NCBI RefSeq assembly: GCF_036365525.1
Contig: NC_090391.1
Span: forward strand, 11,780,001-11,844,000
DNA from: Heterodontus francisci
Lineage: Eukaryota
Direction: 5' to 3'
DNA length: 64,000 bases
Below the pieces are notes generated by a model that did no database searches, had not been told where the DNA came from, and was given only the letters and a program-made list of their open reading frames with translations. Positions 54,549 to 64,000 of the stretch are shown in pieces (position 1 is the stretch's first letter; every line of letters begins with the position of its first letter). A program made the position numbers and the translations under genes.

Positions 54549-55144
54549 TCCCCCGATAAAATGATCCCTGTCCTGCCGCCGTGTGCACATTTCACATGGA
54601 AATGATGGGAAGTAAATGCAGGATCCCTGGTGACTCGCTGGCATGCACTACACTCAGCCCTTCCCCCACTCTCTGCAACAAAACAGAGGGATGTCCCGGC
54701 CTTACTGTAACTGGGGATCTGTTCAGTACAGTCTCAGTTCATGCTCGATTCACTAATTCAGGGTGAGAGGCTGTAACACAGGAATACTGGCGAGAAACCC
54801 ACGTCACAACTCAAACCCCAGTACATGAGTTTATCTAATTCAGCTGGGGTAAGGTGTTAGTAAACTGATCAATCCGTCTGGGAGGGGAGGTGTGTGGAAA
54901 CGGGTTAACTTGTGATCGGAAGCACTGTACTTAGGCGGATATATGATCAACTTTTAATTGTTACAGATCCTTATTTAAATGCTCCGGGTTTCTGTTATCT
55001 TTGACTATAAAGGCCGAGTCTGGAAGTTTTGTGCTGAGCTCTGTTGTTGAGCAATGTTTTTTTTGAATTGGCGGTTCGAGCAAGTGGGTGGCGAAGCTGG
55101 AGGATGAAAGACGTTTCTCTGCTCTGTCTGTCACTCAGTTTCCT

Positions 55145-55206
55145 CCCCGCCCCGCCTCTCGCTGTCTGTCCCTTTTTCAGTCAGGTCCAGCGGGCTGTAT
55201 GAAAAA
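55145..55206 (+). promoter_or_regulatory. H4 promoter (GC boxes, H4 subtype GGTCC element, degenerate TATA)
   Basis: CCCCGCCCCGCC at ~55145, TTTCAGTCAGGTCC at ~55175-55188, TATGAAAA at ~55198. Confidence 0.6.
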
Positions 55207-55251
55207 GGCAGCAGAAACAGCTCGTTTCTCATTCAGCAACGATTTGAGTGA

Positions 55252-55572
<321 letters not shown>

Positions 55573-55592
55573 GTAAATCCACCAAACACAAA

Positions 55593-55636
55593 GGCTCTTC
55601 GAAGAGCCACCCAAAGACTCACAGAGAGAGCAGTGA
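55593..55636 (+). terminator. Histone stem-loop with aberrant loop (H4)
   Basis: GGCTCT-TCGA-AGAGCC-ACCCA; HDE-like AGAGAGAGCAG. Confidence 0.85.
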
Positions 55637-56253
55637 CCTTGCAACTTGAATTAATAAGATCCAGTTATCTGTATAATGTTTATCTTTTTCAACAACTGCT
55701 ATTATACATCATTACATTCTCTCAGTAAATTTACAGATCGCAGAATTTTCACTGACTTTTTCTCTTCATTATTTATCGAACGCGTCATGAATTAAACTGT
55801 TGCATTAGATAATTTATATGTGAGGGTCTGAACTGCCGGCACGAAGCGGGATTTACTGCCGTTAGAGTAAGAAATGACTGGCGCTTTATTCCCGCCAGAG
55901 AACACTATTCAAACTGTGTTGTAAGACACAGAGGGGGATCACGGAAGAAAGAAATAAAGCTACAAGGAGTGAGATTTTATAATTCTTCCCGCCAAATTCG
56001 GTGTTTTATCATCTTTGCCTTGTTTGCTAATCTGAAATTGGCGGGCTTTTTGAAATTGATTCAATTTCAGTTTCAGCTACAGTTCAACCAATCAGGGCCC
56101 AGCATTTCCCGCAGCCCTTTGACTTTCCGGAACTGGTTTCAAATTGACTGATGGACGGGGCTGCATCCAATCACAACACTAGGGCGGTCCCTCTACTGTC
56201 TTAAATAGACAGTCCCTGAGCAGCCTCAACATTTACAGTGTCTTTGTTCCTGA

Positions 56254-56676
<423 letters not shown>

Positions 56677-56719
56677 ACTCACTCTGCCCGGAACTGAGTT
56701 TGGCATCAAATAACACAAC

Positions 56720-56735
56720 GGCTCTTTTAAGAGCC
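56720..56735 (+). terminator. Histone stem-loop (H3-B)
   Basis: GGCTCTTTTAAGAGCC. The 3' flank is AGCAA rather than ACCCA/ACCAA. Confidence 0.88.
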
Positions 56736-56909
56736 AGCAAAATTGGCAAAACAACGAGCTGCGATCTCCTGTTGTCAGAGAACTTTGGTCCAGAGCAGAT
56801 CATTTTATTAGAGAGCCGTTCGTTGTGTAAAAGCTTTCGTTTGTGTAAACGGTAGATTTGCTAAAATCCCTGACAAATATCGCGAGATTCGAGCAGTTAA
56901 ATGCCCGAA

Positions 56910-57280
56910 TCCAGAAGGGAGAAGGCAGAGGGGAGATCTGATTGAAATGTGCAACATTTTGGCGGGCCAGGAGAGAGTGGAGGTGAAGAGTCTTAGCAGA
57001 GAGCTCAGCGACTATGGGGCATATGTTTAAAGTGATAGGTAGAAAAATTAGAGGGAAAACGAGAATTTTATTATCCTCTCGAGCGTGATGGGAGTCTGGA
57101 ACTCACTGCCTGAAAGGGTAGATGAGGCAGAGACCCCCAACTTACTCAAAAGGAACCTGGATATGCATCTCGAGTGCTGTAATCTTCAGGGCGACGGACT
57201 GAAGACTGGAAGGTGGGAGATGAATCGGTGAATCACTTTTCTGCCGGCAGCGACACGATGGGCCAAGTGGCCTCTTATAA
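56910..57280 (+). mobile_element. CR1 3' fragment between H3 and H2A
   Basis: agaaggcagagggagatctgattgaaatg..., tggaactcactgcctgaaaggg, cacgatgggccaagtggcctc. Absent from module A. Confidence 0.8.
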
Positions 57281-57329
57281 AATTGCCGCCTGTCAGACAG
57301 CAAGCAGCCCTTTCACAGATAAAGTGGGT

Positions 57330-57345
57330 GGCTCTGAAAAGAGCC
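57330..57345 (-). terminator. Histone stem-loop (H2A)
   Basis: Minus strand GGCTCTTTTCAGAGCC-ACCCA; HDE GTGAAAGGGCTG. Confidence 0.93.
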
Positions 57346-57375
57346 TTTGTGTTGGCAGATTTAAGTCAGGCCGCA

Positions 57376-57765
57376 TCACTTGCTCTTGGTACTCGGAGCG
57401 CTGGTTTTCTTGGGGAGAAGCACGGCCTGGATATTAGGCAGCACCCCGTCCTGAGCGATGGTCACCCCTCCCAGCAGCCTGCTGAGCTCCTCGTATTTGC
57501 GGACGGCCAGCTGGAGGTGTCTGGGAATGATGCGGGTCTTCTTGTTTTCCTGGGCCGCGTTGCCGGCCAGCTCGAGGATTTCAGCTGTCAGATACTCGAG
57601 CACAGCAGCCAGATCGACCGGGGCTCTGGCACCCACACGCTCAGCATAGTTCCCCTTTTTAAGGAACCTGTGAACACGGCCCACAGGGAACTGCAGTCCC
57701 GCCCGGAAGGTGCGAGACTTGGCCTTGGACCGAGCTTTCCCACCGGTCTTCCCGCTTCCAGACAT
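57376..57765 (-). CDS. H2A: Histone H2A, divergent; probably decaying
   Basis: 129-aa [13 protein letters not shown]...[14 protein letters not shown] with the true start at 57765. Substitutions at conserved sites include R3S, S19F, G46R, Y50D, R71Q, N89K, D90Y and G105D. Confidence 0.92.
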   Translation of the reverse strand: MSGSGKTGGKARSKAKSRTFRAGLQFPVGRVHRFLKKGNYAERVGARAPVDLAAVLEYLTAEILELAGNAAQENKKTRIIPRHLQLAVRKYEELSRLLGGVTIAQDGVLPNIQAVLLPKKTSAPSTKSK

Positions 57766-58697
57766 TTCCACAATCTGACAAACACTTTCAGGAAGAATAC
57801 CCACAATAATCCCATTTACACCTTCGGGAGGAATGGTTTCGGGGGCACAGGGGTCACTCTGCACTGGGTGTCATTGTGCTCTTCATGTGACCAATCAGAG
57901 AGCTGCTGAATTCATCAATCCGGAGACGCCAAGGAGATGAGGGCAGAAAATAACGGCGCGAAATTGTCAGACTGCAAAAGATTTTTCACATTTGAAAAGC
58001 CCGCCAATATATTTGTAAAACACAGAGCGGCTTCAATATAGATCATCACATTTATAGGTAACTTGGTTTTACCGCAAATATTTTAAAATCTTTTTCATAT
58101 TGTATTATTCTACATGTGGTAACAATTCCAGATTCGCTTTCACATTCCGCCATTTATTCGGGTTTACTCTCTATCCGTTTTGAAACATTCTATAACCAGC
58201 GGACAGAAAGGCTCTTTCACAGCATTCTGTAACCATTTCAGCTCAATGTTCCTTATGATACCGCATCACTGATTATAGATTGATCCCTATTGGTGAGAGA
58301 CAACAGCGGAGTGTATAATCTTAGTGTCAGGTGTCAAAGAGTGAGACTGAGGGTTACCACACCACCGGGGTTTCTAGATAATGTACTGATTACTTATTGC
58401 GGACAAACTTGATCTCGGGATATGAGTGACTGAGAAATGATGCCTGTGCGTTAAATCAGATTTTATTATCGAAATACAGCAAAGGGGTCGAATATGAACG
58501 CGTCCAGGAACAAAGCTCACAAATGGTCAGTAATTAATGATCGGAACATTATTAAGTGGAGACAGGAAGATCGTACGGGCAGTCAAACTGTATTAACCAG
58601 AATCTGTGGGATTAAAACAGAGATCACAAAGACAGTTAGAAAATACAAGTTACTTGATAAAAATATCAAAACAAATTGATATTATAGAGATAATGTT

Positions 58698-58862
58698 GTA
58701 GCTTTTTCAGAGACGTTGTGGGTGGCTCTTAAAGGTGGGAACTCGCATTTTATACACATCCCCAGTGCTCGATGTTAATGAAGGACGGATGAAAACCATG
58801 TTCGTGATTGGCTGGTTTACAATGATGTCAATTCTTGAGATTCTCTATTTATCTGATTGGTT
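58698..58862 (-). pseudogene. Histone gene remnant (probably H2B): promoter fused to half stem-loop, CDS deleted
   Basis: Minus strand: CCAAT (58856, 58807), octamer-like CTTCATTAACAT (~58772-58783), TATAAA (58749-58754), then TTTAAGAGCC-ACCCA and HDE-like GAAAAAGCT. Confidence 0.6.
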
Positions 58863-58915
58863 ACTTTAGATGACCAACCAAATTTAGTGTTCGGCGAAGC
58901 CACAACATTTCACAG

Positions 58916-59472
58916 CAGTCAGCTCAGTCCATTGCTCTTGCCTGTCACCTATCCACCGATATCCCTGACTTTCTCACTCCCTCAGTTACTGTCTCTTCAA
59001 CTGTTTCAATTTTATTGGCACCAGACCGTCACCTTTTTCATTCTGCACGGATCATTCCTCCGCACTTCAGCTTACTCACAGAAGACAAGGTGGCCGAGTG
59101 ATTAAAACGATGAACTGCTAATCTGTTGTAATCTGCATGCATGGGTTTGAATTCCATACTCCTTGTTTCTGAATGTTTAAAATAAGAGCACCGACTTCGT
59201 GTTCCATCCGAGTGCGCTGGTTCTTTCTAAACAAGAAATAAAGATGTGTAAAATAAACACAGTGACGGTGTTTTCGAGGAGTATTGCATCCAGTTCTGCT
59301 CATTTGAGGGTACAGAGGATATTTATCAGACTGTGTGAAGTCAGTGGAGATGGGTTTGTTCTGCATTGAATCAACAACATTGAAACAGTTGAAGAGACAG
59401 TAGTAGAGGGAGTCAGAAAGTTAGGGATATTGGTGGATAGGTGACAAGCGGGATCAGTGGACGAGCTGACTG
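58916..59472. repeat. ~100-bp inverted repeat pair enclosing the tRNA pseudogene
   Basis: 58916-59017 (cagtcagctc...tgtcacctatccaccgatatccctgactttctcactccct...actgtctcttcaactgtttcaat) is the near reverse complement of 59372-59472. Confidence 0.85.
59084..59165 (+). tRNA. tRNA-Ser(GCT) pseudogene
   Basis: 82 nt colinear with vertebrate tRNA-Ser-GCT (GACGAGGTGGCCGAGTGGTTAAGGCGATGGACTGCTAATCC...). Anticodon GCT is intact, but there are mismatches in the D loop, stems and B box (GGTTTGAATT). Confidence 0.88.
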
Positions 59473-59474
59473 AA

Positions 59475-59825
59475 GGGAGATTTACAACAAGTGTGAAACA
59501 TCATGACAAGTGAGACAAGGAAAAACAGTTCCCATTAGCTCATTGTACAAGGACATAGTGACAGAAATTGAGGATTTTGGGCAGGAGATTTCGGGCGAAT
59601 ACGGAGTGAGTGGTGATGATCTGGAACTCACTTCCCACAAGGGTGCTGGAAGTAGAGACAATCAATTACTTCAAGAGATTATTGACACAGCATTTGAAGG
59701 AATTAAACTTGCAGAACTACAGGGATCGAGCGGTGGAGTGAGTGTGACTGGATTGCACTGTGGAGAGCTGTCATGGACTCGATTGGCCAAATAGCCTCCT
59801 TCGCTGCTGTAAATAACTCTATGTT
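59475..59825 (+). mobile_element. CR1 3' fragment
   Basis: Colinear with 28,780-29,150, including the tail ggccaaatagcctcct...gctgtaaataactctatg. Confidence 0.82.
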
Positions 59826-59989
59826 TACTATTTGTTTCTGACTGAAAAATGATCAGTTTAAAGGCTATTTTAAATCTATATTTATTCAAAAAATGATAAA
59901 TTTACGGGAGACGTACATGGATGATGAGAATCATTTTATAAATTGCATTGACTTTTTCGGTTTTAAAACTGTTTTTTTTTTATATTTTG

Positions 59990-60940
59990 GCTGTGTGTAG
60001 CTTGTACTCTGTCCCCATCAGTTCCTGGTCTGTGAGTGTGAGTTAACCTCTTTATCTTTCATTCTCTGTTATATCAGTGTGGGTCCAATCTTTACCCAGA
60101 GCACTGTTTTTGAACTGAACTTTACCTATCTCCCTTTTTATGATTGTTTAACAGAGATCTGCACTCTTGTTGCTGACTGAGAACTCATTTATTAGTTTGA
60201 AGGACATGTCTTGTTTAACATAGATTTCATTAAAAGAAAATTGAAGTTCAGCATTGTGGGAGATGCACATGGATGATGAGAGTCTTTTGTAAGTTTTAAT
60301 TTGGAAATCACATTGATCATTTTTAAGTTATAACATGAAGCTGCATGATACCAGAATTGAGGTCTGACCTGCAGTAGAGAACTCATGTCAACTGCTTGGA
60401 AAGCAGATATTCTCAGCACTATAGCACCATCACTATGTGAGTTTAATGCAGGTAAATAAGTACGTTATTCTGTAACATTTATTTTCTGTTATGTGACTAT
60501 TTCTTTTTCCACTTCATCATGTCAGCCTCTGGTACTCTGTATGAGGTGGGATTAATGTGGTGTATGTCAGTTTCTGGTACTGCCTGTGATTGTCAATATA
60601 CTTCTGCATCCATCAGTCTCTAAAACTGAATGTGAGTGTGGATTAATTCATTTTTCAGCTGTATCTGGAACTGACAGTGAGAATGTGATTCATTCAGTTT
60701 CTCACTGTCTCTGGTATTGTATCTGAATGTGTTGTTTATTCTGTGTATTTTTGTGACTGGTAGAGTTTGTGAGTGTGGCATTCATTCTGTACCTGTTAGG
60801 AAATATTATTGAATGGTATTGTGGACTCTGTTTTTTAGGCACTACTATTCTATGTGAATCAGATTAGTACTGTGTCTGTCTGTTTCACGTCATGTAATTG
60901 ATTTTGGGATGCATTATATAGCTGTCAGTCTCTGGCTGTG
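59990..60940. repeat. Third degenerate field of the 46-bp-like repeat
   Basis: tgtgagtgtggattaattc, gtgagtgtggcattcattctgtacctgt and gtgggattaat motifs. Confidence 0.6.
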
Positions 60941-60963
60941 ATAGACAGATAGATAGATAGATC

Positions 60964-61026
<63 letters not shown>
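60940..61026 (+). repeat. (GATA)n microsatellite
   Basis: About 21 GATA units with GACA and GATC variants. Confidence 0.97.
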
Positions 61027-61424
61027 TTTTGATCTGCAAGGTAGTAAAGGGTTATTGGGACAGCCAGGAAAGTGAAGTTAAGCACAAACAGATCAGACAG
61101 AATCACAGAATCATTACAGTGCAGAAGGAGGCCATTTGGCCCATCGTGTCTGCACCGGTTCTCTGAAAGAGCAACTCCCTCAGTTCCATTCCCCTGCCTT
61201 CTCCACATAACCCCACCAAATTCTTGACCTTTCATACAACTTTCCAAATCCCTTTTGAATACTTCAGTCAAACCTGCCTCCATCAAATTCTCACCCAGTG
61301 CATTCCAGATCTTAACCACTCGCTGCATGAAAAAGATTTTCCTCATGTACCTTTTGCTACTCTTAGCAAATACTTTAAATTTGTGCATTCTCGCTCTCAA
61401 TCCTCTCATGAGTGGGAACAGTTC

Positions 61425-61774
61425 AATTTAGTTTAGAGATGTAGCACTGAAAGAGGCCCTGCGGCCCACAGAGTCTGTGCTGACCATCAACCACCCATTT
61501 ATACTAATCCTACACTAATCCCATATTCCTCCCACATCCTCACCTGTCCCTATATTTCCCTACCAGCTACCTATACTGGGGGCAATTTATAATGGCCAAT
61601 TTACCTACCAACCTGCAAGCCTTTTGGCTGTGGGAGGAAACCGGAGCACCCGGAGAAAACCCACGCAGACACAGGGAGAACTTGCAAACTCCACACAGGC
61701 AGTACCCAGAATTCAACCCAGGTCGCTGGAGCTGTGAGGCTGCGGTGCTAACCACTGCGCCACTGTGCCGCACC
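61425..61774 (-). mobile_element. tRNA-derived V-SINE (HE1-like)
   Basis: Minus strand head gcggcacagtggcgcagtggttagcac (A box)...gggttgaattc (B box). V-domain tgtgtggagtttgca...gcgtgggttttctccgggtgctccggtttcctccca. CR1-like tail ending ctaaactaaa. Confidence 0.88.
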
Positions 61775-62749
61775 CAGATATTCTCTCTACCTACTCTACC
61801 CAGACACCTCATGATTTTGAATACCTCTATCAAATCACCTCTCAGTCTTCTCTTCCCCAGGGAAAACAGTCCTAACTTCTCCAATCTATCTTCAAAACTG
61901 AATTCCCTCATCCCAGGATACATCCTCATGAATCTTCTCTGTACTCTCTCCCATGCCGTCAGGTCTTTCCTCAAGTGAGGTGCCCAGAATTGGACATCAT
62001 ACTCCAGCAGAGGCTGAATTAGTGTCTTACAGAAGGTCAACATAACTTCCTTGCTCTTGTACTTTATTCCACTATGAATGAAGTCTAGGATGCTGTATGT
62101 TTTATTAAACACACTCTGAACCTGTCCTGCCACTTTCAATGACTTATGCGCATACACACCTCAGTCCATCTGCTCCTGCTCCTCGAATTATACCCTTTAT
62201 TTCATACTGTTTCTCCATGTTCTTACGAGTAAAATGAATCACCTCACATTTCTGTGCATTGAACTTCATCTGCCACCTGTCTGTCTATTTCACCAACTTG
62301 TCTATGTCCTTTTGAAGTTCTACACTATCCACCTCACAGTTCACAATGCTTCCAAGTTTCGTATCATCTGCATACTTTGAAATTGTGCACCATGGTCTAG
62401 GTGATTAACCTATATCAGGAAAAGCAAGGGTCCAAACACGGATCCCAGGGAAACTCCATCACAACCTTCCTCCAGCCAAAAACATCCATTAACCACTGCT
62501 CTTTGTTTCCTGTAACTCAGGCAATTTCGTATCTAGTTGCGACTGTCCATTTTATTGCACGAACTACAGGTTTGCTCACAAGTCTGTTGTTGCACTGTAT
62601 CAAACACCTTTTGAAGGTTCATGTGCAGCACATCAACAGCATTACCCTCATCAACCCTCTCTGTTACCTCCTCAAAAGACTTCAGCTATTTGGTTAAACA
62701 TGATTTTCCCTGAAGAAATCCATGCTGCTTCTCCTTAATTAACTCACAT

Positions 62750-63140
62750 TTAGAGTCATAGAGTTCTACAGCACATAAATAGGCCCTTCGGCCCATCATG
62801 TACATGCTGGCCATCAGGTACCTAAGTATTCTAATACCATTTTCCAGCACTTGGTCAGTATCCTTGTATGCTATGGCGGTTCAAATGTTCATCTAAATAC
62901 TTCTTGAATGTTGTGAGGGTTTCTGCCTCGACCATCTCTTCAGGCAGTGTGATCCACATTCCAACCATCTTCTGGGTGAAAACATTTTTCCTCAAAGCCC
63001 CTCTAAACCTCCTGCTCCTAACCTTAAATCTATGTCCCCTGGTTATTGACATCTCTGCTCAGGGAAAACAAATCGTCCTATCTGTGCTTCTCATAATTTT
63101 GTTTCCCTCAGTCAGGTCCCCCCTCAGCCTTCTCTACTTT
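62750..63140 (-). mobile_element. Second CR1 3' fragment nested in the long CR1
   Basis: Own tail tagagtcatagagttctacagcac. ORF ITRGHRFKVRSRRFRG...FTQKMVGMW...FKKYLD. Confidence 0.85.
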
Positions 63141-64000
63141 AATAGTCCCTGTGACTATTGATTTTGCCCCTAATTATTTTTTCTCGATGTTTTCCCAACA
63201 CTGAATTTAAACTAACTGGACTGTAGTTAATGGACTTATATTTACACACTTTTTTGAAAAATTCTGCAGTTCTTTATCACCACCCGCGAGTCTAAGGAAG
63301 AGTGGAAAATTATGGGCAGATCCTCTGTGATTTCCACCCTCACTTCCCTCAGTTTCCTTAGATGCATCTCATCTGGCTCTGGTACTTTATCCACTTTAAG
63401 TACAGACAGACTATCTAACATTTCTTCTTTATCAATTTTAAAACCCTTTAATATCTGACTTACCTCCTCTTTCAACATTACCAAGGAAGAAGATGCAAGC
63501 CAGCCAAAGACAGATGCAAAGTATTCCTTTAGTACCTCAGCTATGCCCTCTGCCTCCATGTGTAAATCCACGTTCTGCTCCCTAATCGGCCACTCATCCT
63601 TTTACCACCTTTTTACTATTTAGATGCTTATAGAAAACGTTGGGATTTCTTTTAATGCTAGCTGGCCGTCTCTTTTCATTTTCTCTCATTGCTTCTCCTA
63701 TTTGTTTTTTCACTTCCACTCTGGACCTTCAATATTCTGCCTGGCTCATACTAATATTTTCGACCTGGCATCTCTCAGAAGCACACTTTTTCTTCTTTAT
63801 CTTAATCTCTACCTCTTTTGCCATCCAATGAGTTCTGGGTTTGTTTGCTTTAATTTTCTGTTTCAAGGGAACATACATCGACTGTGCCCGAACTATCTCT
63901 TCTTTGAAGGTAACCCAATGTTCATCTATCAGTTTTACAGCCAGCTTTTGACTCCAATTTATTCGCCCCAGCTCCATCCTTACCCCATTGAAGTTGACTT

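Larger units (their letters stand above)
61095..64000 (-). mobile_element. Long CR1 LINE (ORF2 remnant) interrupted by a SINE and a second CR1; runs off right edge
   Basis: Tail acagaatcacagaatc at ~61,097. Minus ORFs give FFMQRVVKIWNAL, LEYDVQFWAPHLRKD...ERVQRRF, IAEVLKEYFASVF and INWSQKL...WVTFKEEI. Confidence 0.9.

Noticed and set aside
57766-57864. N-terminal extension of H2A in the ORF track
   Set aside because: Non-ATG start within the promoter/5' UTR. The canonical MSG start is at 57765.
60273-60367. C/D-box snoRNA candidate (ATGATGA...CTGA)
   Set aside because: Poor terminal stem, no recognisable rRNA/snRNA guide, opposite strand to the inferred host transcript, and the duplicate at ~59,920 lacks a matching D box.
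61567-62157. 196-aa chimeric ORF
   Set aside because: A CR1 RT fragment reading by chance into the inserted V-SINE.

Overview
Eukaryotic (vertebrate, most likely cartilaginous-fish, inferred from CR1/L2 LINEs, an HE1-like V-SINE, Penelope-like termini and the H1 sequence) repeat-rich region. Bases 1-27.7 kb are a 46-bp satellite with nested higher-order repeats, and 30.35-36.17 kb is a second, 40-bp, phase-locked satellite. The right half holds a decaying replication-dependent histone locus in two paralogous modules: module A has H3 plus a truncated H2A pseudogene. Module B has a frameshifted H1, divergent H4, H3 and H2A, and an H2B-like 'ghost' in which the promoter is fused directly to a half stem-loop. 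A tRNA-Ser(GCT) pseudogene sits inside about 100-bp inverted repeats. Many CR1 fragments, some nested, fill the gaps. The most interesting unannotated structure is a duplicated minus-strand spliced transcription unit (NRF1/GC-box promoter, first-exon donor and a conserved short internal exon) next to each histone module. Its introns carry either the old degenerate 42-46-bp repeat or the giant satellites. All coordinates, alignments and motif calls were made by eye and no database searches were run.
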